From Candidatus Latescibacterota bacterium (GTDB lineage: Bacteria; Latescibacterota; UBA2968; UBA8231): a DNA stretch of 64,000 nt. The stretch spans positions 4,608,001 to 4,672,000 of the forward strand of contig OZ244561.1 of assembly GCA_965217585.1 (NCBI GenBank), read 5' to 3'. Shown here in pieces: positions 30,404-39,851 of this stretch (its first letter is position 1; the number at the start of each line of letters is the position of its first letter). The notes below the pieces were generated by a model. It did no database searches. It saw nothing but the letters and a program-made list of their open reading frames with translations, and was not told where the DNA came from. The position numbers were made by a program, and so were the translations under genes.

Positions 30404-31252
30404 ATGACGAATGTACTACGGTGGCGGCACCGCATTTCCTTGCCCGACGGTACAGTAACTCCGGGGGTACAGGACTCGCCGGCCCTGCTTAAGCGGTTGC
30501 AGCTACCTGAGGACCTTTCCGGCAAGACGGTGCTTGATATCGGCTGTTCAGATGGGTTCTATAGCTTCGAATGCGAGCGTCGGGGAGCTTCTCGTGTCCT
30601 AGCCGTGGACAATTACAGTTCGCCCTTGGTTGACTCGCCGTCCGGCTTTCACATGGCCCATACCTTGCTTCATTCAAAGGTGGAATTTCGCCAAGCAGAC
30701 TTGTTCAGTTTGAATCCGGACAAGGATGGATGCTTTGATATCGTCCTGTTTCTGGGCGTTCTCTACCACTTGCGCCATCCCTTACTTGGTATAGAGCGTA
30801 TCGCAAGCTTGTGCCGCGAAAAGCTGATTTTGGAAACGCGTTTGGATTCCCCTTTTGGCTTGTGGGGGGGGCTCAAGCGCCGTCTGCTAGGCCCGGACAA
30901 TCGTAGCCCTTCTATGCGCTTTTGCGAGGGGGCGCAAGTCAATTCCGATCCAACGACTTGGTGGACTCCCACGGCCCAATGTGTAAAGGCCATGTTGCGT
31001 TCTTGTGGTTTCTGCTCAGTCAAGCAAGTAGATAAACAGGGCTGGCGGGGTATATTCCACGGGGATAGCCCACGATGGGGCTCTGACGTGTCGGCCTTGG
31101 TCCAATCCCTGGGAAGCCAACGGGTGGCTCTAGCCTACGAGCAAGAGACGGGCCGCTCTCTAGAGGGGAAAGAGGTGGTGGAGACTCTACGCAAGGTGTC
31201 CATCCCTCAGTTCGCTGCCATCAAACAACGAGCCTTTGAGCTAAACGGATAG
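30404..31252 (+). CDS. Class I SAM-dependent methyltransferase (CmoB/DUF1698-like)
   Basis: VLDIGCSDG, FDIVLFLGVLYHLRHP and TTWW.P. Confidence 0.85.
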   Translation: MTNVLRWRHRISLPDGTVTPGVQDSPALLKRLQLPEDLSGKTVLDIGCSDGFYSFECERRGASRVLAVDNYSSPLVDSPSGFHMAHTLLHSKVEFRQADLFSLNPDKDGCFDIVLFLGVLYHLRHPLLGIERIASLCREKLILETRLDSPFGLWGGLKRRLLGPDNRSPSMRFCEGAQVNSDPTTWWTPTAQCVKAMLRSCGFCSVKQVDKQGWRGIFHGDSPRWGSDVSALVQSLGSQRVALAYEQETGRSLEGKEVVETLRKVSIPQFAAIKQRAFELNG

Positions 31253-31380
31253 CTTCTGGCTACAAAAAGATGGTGGAAGCGGCCTTGGTTGGGCTCCCGT
31301 TTCAAGCGGCCAGTGTGAGATGACAATTCCGATTGAATAACCAAGCAAAGGTTCATTCGACCACCCAGCGGCACTTGAGT

Positions 31381-33420
31381 ATGGTAAAGGTACCTATCGC
31401 GAAGGGTCGTTACGGCTGCTACAAGCGGCTGGCGGCCTGTCTGCTGAATGCCGGGCTGGCCGCATGGGCGGAGCCGGTGGCCGCGGAGTCAAACCCGTGC
31501 GCCAACGGTATCGTCGTATCGGAGCCGCAGGACCACCCCGGCTTAGTAGCCAACTGCGAGGTGCTCCTGGGCCTACGCGACCACTTGGCCGGCGACCGCG
31601 GCTTAAACTGGAGCGCGGACATACCCATTACTCAGTGGGACGGTATCGCGGTCGGCGATTCTGGTGTCAAAACGTTGGAACTCGGCGACAACGAGTTGAC
31701 GGGTGTGATTCCAGCCGAATTGGGCGACCTGAGTCAACTGGAGTGGTTGAGCCTCTACGACAATGAGTTGACGGGTGTGATCCCGCCCGAATTAGGCGAC
31801 CTGAGTCAACTGGAGTGGTTGGACCTTAGCGGCAATGTGCTGATCGGCTCGATTCCACCCGAACTGAGCCAACTGATAGCCCTGCGGGGGCTGTATCTCT
31901 ACGGCAACGAGTTGATCGGCTCGATTCCACTCGAACTAAGCCAACTGACAGCTCTGCGGGGGCTGCGCCTCGACAACAATGGGTTGACGGGTGTGATTCC
32001 ACCCGCATTGGGCCGTCTGACAGAGTTGGAGGAGTTGAACCTCGACGGCAACGCGCTGATAGGATGTGCACCGGAGACATTGGCCAGATGGGTCAACGAT
32101 CTGCCGACTTGCTCTCAAGTCTCGAAATCATTCGATGCGGCTGTTAGCGCGGTGACGGCCACTGTCCTGGGCGACGCGATCGAGAGCTTAATTGTTGAGT
32201 TTGCACGCACCATCCCCGGCCGCCAACCCGACTACGCTTGGATCGGTGTCACCGACGAGTTCGGCCAGCTAGAACTGCTCATCTCCAGTGAGGCTCCGGT
32301 GAGCGGCTACTATCAAGCCCGGGCTCGCAACGCCGATGGCGAGGTGGTGGGCCAGTGGCACAGCATTTTCCTCGACCAGGACCGGCACCAGAGCTTGGAG
32401 TTGACCTTGGGCGGCGGTGTGCAAGTGGTAGCCAGCCAAGTGCTGGCCAGAGGGGCCGAATTGATTGCCCACTACCCCTTCAATGGCAATGCCCGAGACG
32501 CCAGTGGAAATGAGTACCACGGCACCCTGTCGGGGCCCGTGCCCACATGGGATCGCTTCGGCAACGAAGATGGTGCTATTCTCTTCAACGGTACTGACCA
32601 TCGCATTGACCTGCCGCACAACGTGCTCGATGGCCGGCTGGATGTGACCATCGCCTTCTGGTTGAAAACCTCTAAGTCTGGAGCTCAAACCATTGTCAGC
32701 GGCGCCAACCAGTTCAACGACAACGAATATATTGTCTTTTTCTTGAATGAAGGCCTGATCCGCTTCTATTCGCACGGGAATGTGGGGAGAAATCAGGTCT
32801 GGTGTGACGTAGAAATCCAACCGATTGCCGACGGCACTTGGCATCACTTTGCCGTGATTCGCAATGCCTCGCTGGGCCATGCCGACTTTTTCGTCAATGG
32901 CGAGGGATATACCAAGCGTTGTGGGCACTTGGTGTACGACACACTCAAGATCGAGGCGGGAGGGCTCATTCTCGGTCAAGATCAGGATACGTTCGGTGGC
33001 GGTTTCGACACGAGTCAGGTTCTCAGGGGCACGTTGGACGATCTCAGAATATACGATGGGATATTGTCGGCCATTGAGGTGCAGGCTCTCATGCGTGAAA
33101 GCGATCCAAACGATCCCGGTGCGGCCAAGGAGGTGCCGTCGGTCGCCAGCGGCCTAGATCCCAATTTCCCCAATCCCTTCAACGCCAGCACCCAGATCGC
33201 CTACCGCTTGGCCACCCCCGGCCCGGTGCGACTGGAGATCTACAATGTGCTGGGACAGCCGGTGCATACACTGGTAGATGGGTTCCAGGCCGCCGGCTTC
33301 CATCAGGTCCACTGGGACGCCCGCGACCAGTGGGGCGTCCCAGTAGCGGCGGGCGTCTATCTCAGCCGTCTGCACTACCCTGGCGGAGTCCAGACCCGAC
33401 GGCTGCTCTTACTCAAGTAG
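31381..33420 (+). CDS. Secreted LRR plus LamG/pentraxin-like protein with a FlgD-Ig/T9SS-like C-terminal domain
   Basis: Signal peptide, 24-aa LRRs, LIAHYPFNGNARD, WHHFAV, LGQDQD, LDDLRIYD, and NFPNPFN...IYNVLGQ.V...WD.RD...GVY. Confidence 0.88.
   Translation: MVKVPIAKGRYGCYKRLAACLLNAGLAAWAEPVAAESNPCANGIVVSEPQDHPGLVANCEVLLGLRDHLAGDRGLNWSADIPITQWDGIAVGDSGVKTLELGDNELTGVIPAELGDLSQLEWLSLYDNELTGVIPPELGDLSQLEWLDLSGNVLIGSIPPELSQLIALRGLYLYGNELIGSIPLELSQLTALRGLRLDNNGLTGVIPPALGRLTELEELNLDGNALIGCAPETLARWVNDLPTCSQVSKSFDAAVSAVTATVLGDAIESLIVEFARTIPGRQPDYAWIGVTDEFGQLELLISSEAPVSGYYQARARNADGEVVGQWHSIFLDQDRHQSLELTLGGGVQVVASQVLARGAELIAHYPFNGNARDASGNEYHGTLSGPVPTWDRFGNEDGAILFNGTDHRIDLPHNVLDGRLDVTIAFWLKTSKSGAQTIVSGANQFNDNEYIVFFLNEGLIRFYSHGNVGRNQVWCDVEIQPIADGTWHHFAVIRNASLGHADFFVNGEGYTKRCGHLVYDTLKIEAGGLILGQDQDTFGGGFDTSQVLRGTLDDLRIYDGILSAIEVQALMRESDPNDPGAAKEVPSVASGLDPNFPNPFNASTQIAYRLATPGPVRLEIYNVLGQPVHTLVDGFQAAGFHQVHWDARDQWGVPVAAGVYLSRLHYPGGVQTRRLLLLK
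31675..32073 (+). repeat. 72-bp tandem LRR-coding repeats (5 full plus 1 partial)
   Basis: LxLxxNxLxGxIPxELxxLxxL units. Units 1/2 and units 3/4 are close to identical at the DNA level. Confidence 0.9.
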
Positions 33421-33452
33421 CCCGGAGCGTGGGTCGCGGCATAGAGGTCGTT

Positions 33453-34544
33453 TCATTCCCTAGCGGCGTCTCGCTCTTGGGCCGCCTCCACCATTTCCCG
33501 CAGCGTCCGCTCGATATCGTATTCGCATTCCCATTGGGGATAGTGCGCTTGGAATTTGCGCACGTCGCTGATCCACCAGATGTGATCGCCCCTGCGAGCC
33601 TCGTCCGCGAGCGCGTAGTCGAGCGGTCGGCCCGCGAGGTGTTGCGCGGTTGCAATGGCCTCTAGTACGGAGACGTTGGCGCGGCGTCCACCGCCCATAT
33701 TGTACACTTCGCCGGCGCGGGGATTTTGGCAGAAGTGCCAGAAGGCCGAGACGAGATCGCGGCTGTGGATGTTGTCGCGCACCTGTTTGCCCTTGTAGCC
33801 GAAGATGGTGTAGGGCTTCCCCGTAACCACGCATTTGACTAGGTAGCCCAGGAAGCCGTGCAATTCGGCGGCCGAATGGGCTGGGCCGGTTAGGCACCCG
33901 CCGCGGAAGACGGCGGTCTTGAGACCGAAGTAGCGGCCGTATTCTTGGGTCAGGATATCGCCGGCGAGCTTGGATGCGCCGAAGAGGCTATGCTGGCACT
34001 GGTCGATGCGCAGGTTCTCGTCAATGCCGAACTCGTGGTAGGGGTGCGCCGCGTCGAGTTCATAGCGGGTTGCGCATTCCACCAAGGGCAGTTCGTTGGG
34101 CGCATCGCCGTACACTTTGTTGGTGCTGGCGAAGATGAAAACCGCGTCCGGGCAGCAGCGGCGCGTGGCTTCTAACAGGTGGAGGGTGCCGTTGGCATTG
34201 ATCGCAAAGTCCGTAAGCGGCTCGCGGGCCGCCCAGTCGTGCGAGGGCTGCGCCGCCGCGTGGATTACCAGCGCGATGGCCTTGCCGCATTCGGCAAACA
34301 GCGCATTCACGCCGGCCGCATCGCGGATGTCGAGGTCGCAATGTCGGTAGTTGGGCAATCCCTTTTCGAGCTGGGCGCGGTTCCAAGCGGTCGAGCTGTC
34401 CGCGCCGAAAAAGTACTGCCGCATGTTGTTATCCACGCCGACGATGTCAAAGCCGCACTTGTGAAAAAAGCGGGCCGCTTCGCTGCCGACGAGACCTGCC
34501 GAGCCGGTGATTAGGGCGGTGCTCCCTTCCGGTGCGCGTTTCAT
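33453..34544 (-). CDS. NAD-dependent epimerase, CDP-paratose 2-epimerase (RfbE)-like
   Basis: [24 protein letters not shown] and [12 protein letters not shown]. Confidence 0.88.
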   Translation of the reverse strand: MKRAPEGSTALITGSAGLVGSEAARFFHKCGFDIVGVDNNMRQYFFGADSSTAWNRAQLEKGLPNYRHCDLDIRDAAGVNALFAECGKAIALVIHAAAQPSHDWAAREPLTDFAINANGTLHLLEATRRCCPDAVFIFASTNKVYGDAPNELPLVECATRYELDAAHPYHEFGIDENLRIDQCQHSLFGASKLAGDILTQEYGRYFGLKTAVFRGGCLTGPAHSAAELHGFLGYLVKCVVTGKPYTIFGYKGKQVRDNIHSRDLVSAFWHFCQNPRAGEVYNMGGGRRANVSVLEAIATAQHLAGRPLDYALADEARRGDHIWWISDVRKFQAHYPQWECEYDIERTLREMVEAAQERDAARE

Positions 34545-34572
34545 TAGCTAACTGCGAGGTCAGTGCAACGTT

Positions 34573-35643
34573 TCATTCGCTGACCGCATGGTCAGTGAAC
34601 ATCGGGCGGACCAGATCGCCGTTGTCCACCAGCCAAGCGCGGATGTCGCCGACGATGTCCCGCGCGGTCTTTTGTGGGGTCCAGCCAAAGGCCGCCTGTG
34701 CCTTGGCGTTGTCCGTGACGTAATAGGGGATGTCGGTCGGCTGAGTCTCGGGGACCGAGCCGATGGCGAGGGTGCGGCCCGTGGCCTCTTGGCAGAGCTG
34801 GGTGTATTCCATCAGCGAGGTCGAGCTGGCGAGGCCACCGCCGGCGTTGAATACGTCGCCCGTCCAAGCGGCTGGGCAGGCCACTTGCGCCTCTAACAGG
34901 GAGAAGAGATCGTCCGGGTGCAAGAGGTCGCGCACTTGCTTGCCACGTCCGCCGAACCCCGTGTAGCGCAGCCCCAAGCCAAAGTAGTGGCCGGCGACCC
35001 ATAGAGCGTACACGCCTTGATCAGCTCGGCCCCACTGGCTCGGTCCGGCGATGACGCCGCAGCGGTTGATCACAGCCTTCAAATCATAAGCGGCGCAGTG
35101 CTCTTGAACGAATAGTTCGGAGGCCAATTTGGTCGCGCCGTACAGCGAGCGGTGACCGGAAGTGGCAAACGCCTCGCCGATGCCCGCAGCCGACAGCCCC
35201 ACTGGCCACGAGCCTTGTGAGTCGAGGCTAAAGCGCGTCTCCTCCTCGCGCAGGGGCAAGCTCCGCAGTGCGGGCAGCGAATAGACCCGCGAGGTGGAGA
35301 GGAAGAGCAGGGCGCCAGCGCGTCGGCGCGCCCACTCCAAGCAGTTGAGAGTGCCTTGGAGGTTGGTGTCGATTGCGTTGGTAGCCGCGTGGACTGAAGG
35401 CTCGGCCGCCGCGTCGATGAGCAGGTCGAAGGTGCCTGTCAGCGTCTCCAAGTCGCGGGGAAAGCGCACGTCGCCGTGGATGAATTCTATGTTGTGCGCC
35501 CTGAAGTCGGCCAAGTTCAGTTCGGACCCGCGCCGGCTGAGGTTGTCGAAGGCGACAATGCGCCGGCTGGGATAGTGCTGGCGGTAGCGGCGCGCCAAGC
35601 TCGCGCCGACAAAACCCGCGCCGCCGGCAATGCACAAGCTCAC
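34573..35643 (-). CDS. NAD-dependent epimerase, CDP-paratose 2-epimerase-like paralog
   Basis: GGAGFVG, DNLSRRGSE, AEPSV, YGATK and GKQVRDLLH. Confidence 0.88.
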   Translation of the reverse strand: MSLCIAGGAGFVGASLARRYRQHYPSRRIVAFDNLSRRGSELNLADFRAHNIEFIHGDVRFPRDLETLTGTFDLLIDAAAEPSVHAATNAIDTNLQGTLNCLEWARRRAGALLFLSTSRVYSLPALRSLPLREEETRFSLDSQGSWPVGLSAAGIGEAFATSGHRSLYGATKLASELFVQEHCAAYDLKAVINRCGVIAGPSQWGRADQGVYALWVAGHYFGLGLRYTGFGGRGKQVRDLLHPDDLFSLLEAQVACPAAWTGDVFNAGGGLASSTSLMEYTQLCQEATGRTLAIGSVPETQPTDIPYYVTDNAKAQAAFGWTPQKTARDIVGDIRAWLVDNGDLVRPMFTDHAVSE

Positions 35644-36623
35644 GGCAGCGGGGCGTCGTCGCGGACTAAGCCCTCGTCGCGGAGTTCAGCCCAAAACGGC
35701 GGGGGAATTTCCCGAGTGAGCAAGTCGAAATTCTCTTGCACGCGCTCGGGCTGCCGCGTCCCGGGGATGATACAGGTGATGGCCGGATGGGCGAAGACGA
35801 ATTGCGAGGCCGCCGCCCGCAGATCGACTTGGTGGCGCGCGGCCACGGCCTCTAGGGACTTGGCCCTAGCGGCGATTTCGGGTGGAGCTTCTCGGTAGTT
35901 GTAGGTCGCGCCCGGGCGCGCGCCTTTGGCCAAGATGCCGCTGTTATAAGTGCCGCCGGCCATGATGCCGATGTTCTTTTCCACGCACAGCGGCAAGAGG
36001 TCGTCGAGCGCGCCTTGGTCGAGCAAGCTGTAGCGTCCGGCGAGGAGGAAGCAGTCGAAATCGCCTTCGCGGGCGAAGCGGGCCAGCATTTCCCATTGGT
36101 TCATGCCCGCACTGACGGCGTGGATAACGCCCTCGCCGCGCAGCTTGTCGAGCGCGGGGTAAGCACCGTCGATGGCTTCCTGCCAGTGGTTGTCCGGGTC
36201 GTGGATGTGGAGGATATCGATGCGATCTACGCCTAGGCGTTCGAGGCTGTCTTCGAAGGAGCGCATGACGCCGTCGTAGCTGAAATCGAACACGGGTTGG
36301 TACGGGGCCGGGTCGTCGAATGCGCCCACTTGTTGGTCTTGTTCGGTTGGGACTAAGACGCGTCCCACTTTGGAGGCGAGCACATAGCTGTCGCGCGGCA
36401 CGCCCACGAGGGCCTGCCCGAGACGGATTTCGCTTTTGCCCGCCCCGTATAGCGGTGCGGTGTCTAAGAGGTTCAGCCCCAAAGACAGGGCGCGGTGCAC
36501 GACGGAGACGGCTTGGTCGTCTGGTATGTCGCCGTATAGGCCGCCGATAGAGGCGCAGCCCAAGCCGAGGCGGGTGACGCGCAGGCCGCTGCTGCCGAGG
36601 GTGACTTTTTCGAGTGGATTCAT
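35640..36623 (-). CDS. Aldo/keto reductase (D-threo-aldose 1-dehydrogenase-like)
   Basis: DTAPLYG, SKVGR, FDFSYDG, IHDPD and AGRYSLLD. Confidence 0.9.
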   Translation of the reverse strand: MNPLEKVTLGSSGLRVTRLGLGCASIGGLYGDIPDDQAVSVVHRALSLGLNLLDTAPLYGAGKSEIRLGQALVGVPRDSYVLASKVGRVLVPTEQDQQVGAFDDPAPYQPVFDFSYDGVMRSFEDSLERLGVDRIDILHIHDPDNHWQEAIDGAYPALDKLRGEGVIHAVSAGMNQWEMLARFAREGDFDCFLLAGRYSLLDQGALDDLLPLCVEKNIGIMAGGTYNSGILAKGARPGATYNYREAPPEIAARAKSLEAVAARHQVDLRAAASQFVFAHPAITCIIPGTRQPERVQENFDLLTREIPPPFWAELRDEGLVRDDAPLP

Positions 36624-36712
36624 GGCGTGCTCCTCATTAGATGGCTTCTAGTAAAAAAACAAAACATAGGCCAAACCACCCGGCGCAAAAAGTCCGCCCC
36701 CTTGGGACCTGC

Positions 36713-36741
36713 TTGACGCTCACAGGGTCATGCCGTACATT
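36713..36741 (+). promoter_or_regulatory. Putative sigma-70 promoter
   Basis: TTGACG, 17 bp, TACATT upstream of the ORF at 36787. Confidence 0.55.
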
Positions 36742-36786
36742 AAGTGCCCTTTGTGAATAGTTCGGAACCCATTGAATATAAAAGAG

Positions 36787-38220
36787 ATGTATCAATTTAG
36801 GGCCAAGCTGCTGGCGCTGCTAATGTTGGCCGGGTGCGCCGCCACCGAGGAGCCGCCGCAAGAAGCGGTCCGCAGCGAGCGGCCGGCCTTGGCCGAGTGG
36901 CAGTGGGCCGATGGCGAGATGCCTTGGAACACTTGGGACGAGTCGTTGTTCGCACGCGCCCAACGCGAAGACAATCCCATATTGGTGTATTTGGCCGCCC
37001 CGGGGTGCGAGGGCCTGTTCCCCGCGCCAACGCCGGCGTTGCGCCAACTGGTCGCCGAGAAATTTGTCAGCGTGCAGGTCGATCCATTCAAGCGGCCGGA
37101 CATTGCTCGGCACTACGACAGCGGCGGTTGGCCGGCCCTAGTGGTGGCCCTGCCGGACGGACGGGTTTTCGCGCGGGCCGTGGATATTCCACCATCCAAT
37201 GTCGAGTCTTATTTGCGCCGGTTGCGCACGGCCTACGAGGAAAAGCGCGCGGTACTGGTCGCCAAGGTGCAGCACGCAGCCGCCCGTCCCGAGGCCGAGA
37301 AGCCCTTTGCCATAGATGCTGTTTACCGTGCGTGCGCGGCTGCCTTTGATTCGGCCCACGGCGGCTTCGGCGGCCCGACCAAGTTTCTCGAAACTTCGGT
37401 ATTGCGCTTCCTGCTCGTCTATGCCGAGGCGCGGGACGCAGCGCCAGCGCGGCAGATGGCCTTGGCCAGCTTGGACGCGGTGCTCGCTTCGCCGCTCGGC
37501 GATAGCGGTGGTTTTCGCGCGTACTCGTACGCGCCGGATTGGAGCGCACCCGCCAGCGAGCGGGACGCCCTCGATCAGGCGGCCATGCTGCATCTCTTGC
37601 TGGAGGCCGACCAGCCTCGCTACGCCGAGTCGGCTAGAGCACTACTCGGCTTTGTCGAGGGCACGCTCTTCGACGCAGCCGAGGGTGCGTTCCGCGGCCG
37701 CCAAGTCATGGCCGATACTTGGTGGACTGACCCCACGCTCTACGCCGACCGCCAGGCGGCCCTGATACGAGCCTATCTCGCTGCGGCCGCCGCCCTAGGC
37801 GACGAACGCGCTGCCCAGGTGGCCCTGCAAGCCGGTGACGCACTCATTAACCGCTGTATCGACGGCCGCGGTCGGGTGCGGCACGTCTGCGACTCAGAGA
37901 CCGAGGGCAGTGTTGGCCTGCTCGTCGATCAAGCCTTGGTGGCATTGGCTCTGTGGGAGTTGGGTGAGTGGAGTGGGGAGGCGCGCTTTGCCACGGCTGC
38001 CGAGCAGGTTGTGCGCTTTATGGAGCAATCGTACGACCACCCCGCTGCCCTCAGCCCACTGCCGCATCACGGCAAGGCCCTCGCCCTCCAACTCTATGGG
38101 CGACAGGGCCGTGCCGAGCGGGTGGCCGCCTTGGCCGGCGAGTCGCGCTTGGTGCAGGCACCCAGCCGGGCGCATAGCTCGTGGGCGCGGGCTTTGCTGC
38201 TGTCCGGCCCACCGCTATGA
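36787..38220 (+). CDS. Lipoprotein with a degenerate DUF255/YyaL (thioredoxin plus helical hairpin) fold
   Basis: Lipobox LAGC, W..W....F.RA..ED.PI, VD...RPDI, GGWP, GGFG..KF and L.DQA. Confidence 0.72.
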   Translation: MYQFRAKLLALLMLAGCAATEEPPQEAVRSERPALAEWQWADGEMPWNTWDESLFARAQREDNPILVYLAAPGCEGLFPAPTPALRQLVAEKFVSVQVDPFKRPDIARHYDSGGWPALVVALPDGRVFARAVDIPPSNVESYLRRLRTAYEEKRAVLVAKVQHAAARPEAEKPFAIDAVYRACAAAFDSAHGGFGGPTKFLETSVLRFLLVYAEARDAAPARQMALASLDAVLASPLGDSGGFRAYSYAPDWSAPASERDALDQAAMLHLLLEADQPRYAESARALLGFVEGTLFDAAEGAFRGRQVMADTWWTDPTLYADRQAALIRAYLAAAAALGDERAAQVALQAGDALINRCIDGRGRVRHVCDSETEGSVGLLVDQALVALALWELGEWSGEARFATAAEQVVRFMEQSYDHPAALSPLPHHGKALALQLYGRQGRAERVAALAGESRLVQAPSRAHSSWARALLLSGPPL

Positions 38221-39116
38221 GAATTTTGGTGACAGGTGCCACCGGCTTTTTGGGCCGCACTCTGCTCTCTTTGGAAGGGGAAGCCGAGTGGATGGGCTGT
38301 GGTCGCCGTCCCGCTGCCGAGGGCATTCCCTATCGCCAGGTCGATCTTGCCGACCGCCAGACCGTGACCGCACTCGTCGCCGAGTTGGCTCCGGATTGGG
38401 TGATCAACGCTGCGGCGATGACCGATGTCGATGGCTGCGAAAAAGACGCGCGAGCCGCGCGGCAAGCCAATGTCGATATTCCCGAGAACTTGGCAGCGGT
38501 CTGCGACGCGACCGGGGCCGGCTTGGTCCATATTTCCACGGATTACGTCTTCGACGGCAAGCGCGGCCCCTACCGCGAAGGGGATGCAGCCAATCCGCTG
38601 TCTTGCTACGGCCAACTCAAGCTCGAAAGCGAGGGCATATTAAAGAAAATGGAGCGCGTACTAGTCGTGCGGACCCTGTGGCTGTACGGCTATGTCCCGC
38701 AGGCCGGGTCCAACTTCCTCACTTGGGTGCTGCGGGCGCTCGTTGGCGGCCAGCCCCTGCGGGTCTTTGCCGATCAGTGGGGCAACCCGACCTACATCCG
38801 CGATCTGGCTCGCGCCTTGGTGTCTCTGTGCGGCCAAGAGGCGCGGGGTTTGTTTCACGCAGGCGGCGCGACCTTTATGACGCGCTGGGAGATGGCGCGG
38901 GAGATGGCTTGTTTCTTTGGAATCGACGGCGCCTTGATCGAATCCGTGCCGACCCGCGCGGCCGGGCTGTTAGCCGCGCGCCCCCTGCGCTCTGGTCTGC
39001 GCACCGACGCGCTGGAAACCGCGCTCGGCCGCCGGCCCCTGAGCTTTGCCGAGGGGCTGCAACACCTCGCCGCGGACCCGCATTTTCGCCGCGACTTTCC
39101 CCAATTTGCCCGCTAG
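38217..39116 (+). CDS. rfbD: dTDP-4-dehydrorhamnose reductase-like SDR
   Basis: GATGFLG, AAMTDVDGCE, STDYVFDG, YGQLK and DQWGNPT. Confidence 0.85.
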   Translation: MRILVTGATGFLGRTLLSLEGEAEWMGCGRRPAAEGIPYRQVDLADRQTVTALVAELAPDWVINAAAMTDVDGCEKDARAARQANVDIPENLAAVCDATGAGLVHISTDYVFDGKRGPYREGDAANPLSCYGQLKLESEGILKKMERVLVVRTLWLYGYVPQAGSNFLTWVLRALVGGQPLRVFADQWGNPTYIRDLARALVSLCGQEARGLFHAGGATFMTRWEMAREMACFFGIDGALIESVPTRAAGLLAARPLRSGLRTDALETALGRRPLSFAEGLQHLAADPHFRRDFPQFAR

Positions 39117-39125
39117 CGTGCTCCC

Positions 39126-39851
39126 GTGGACCCCGTGCAGATTTCGCTGGTGACGCCCACGTATAACGAGCGGGAAAGTTTGCCGCTGTTGGCCGAAGAG
39201 ATCTTCGCGGTCGTCGGCCAAAAGCCGGATATCGACTTGGAGCTCATCGTGGTAGATGACAACTCGCCCGACGGTACCGGCGAAGTGGCCGAGTCGCTGA
39301 AGGCCCGCTATCCCGTCCAGGTGGTACATCGGGAGGGCAAGCTCGGCTTGGGGTCAGCGGTGATGGCGGGTTTCGCGCAGTCGGCGCGACCGCATCTCGG
39401 AGTGATAGACGCCGACTTAAGCCACGACCCGGCGATTCTGCCCGAGCTCATTCGCAGCCTGCGCGAATGCGACATTGCCATGGGCAGCCGCTTTGGAGCG
39501 ACCAGCCGAGTCGAACGGTGGGCTTGGCACCGCAAGCTGATTTCGCAAGTCGGCGTGGGCGCGGCCCGCTTGCTAACCGGGGTCGAGGACCCGCTATCGG
39601 GTTATTTCTGTCTGCGCCGCCAAGTGATACAGGACCTAGTACTCACGTCCTCGGGCTACAAAATTCTGCTCGAAATTTTGGTCAAGGGCCGCTATCGACA
39701 GCATCGCTCCGTGCCTTTTGTCTTCCGCAACCGCCAGTTCAGCTCCAGCAAGCTGGACCTGCGCGAGTACCTGCTCTTTGCCAAACAAATCCTCTACTTC
39801 AGCTGCTACAAGCTCATGGGCCGCCAGCGAGGTGCTAGATCGTGCGACTGA
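39126..39851 (+). CDS. Polyprenol monophosphomannose synthase-like GT2 (DPM1-like)
   Basis: PTYNE, VDDNSPDGT, GLGSA, DADLSH and D..SG.F. Confidence 0.88.
   Translation: MDPVQISLVTPTYNERESLPLLAEEIFAVVGQKPDIDLELIVVDDNSPDGTGEVAESLKARYPVQVVHREGKLGLGSAVMAGFAQSARPHLGVIDADLSHDPAILPELIRSLRECDIAMGSRFGATSRVERWAWHRKLISQVGVGAARLLTGVEDPLSGYFCLRRQVIQDLVLTSSGYKILLEILVKGRYRQHRSVPFVFRNRQFSSSKLDLREYLLFAKQILYFSCYKLMGRQRGARSCD

Noticed and set aside
31675-32073. 72-bp repeats as a CRISPR array
   Set aside because: They are in-frame LRR-coding units with no unique spacers and no cas genes.
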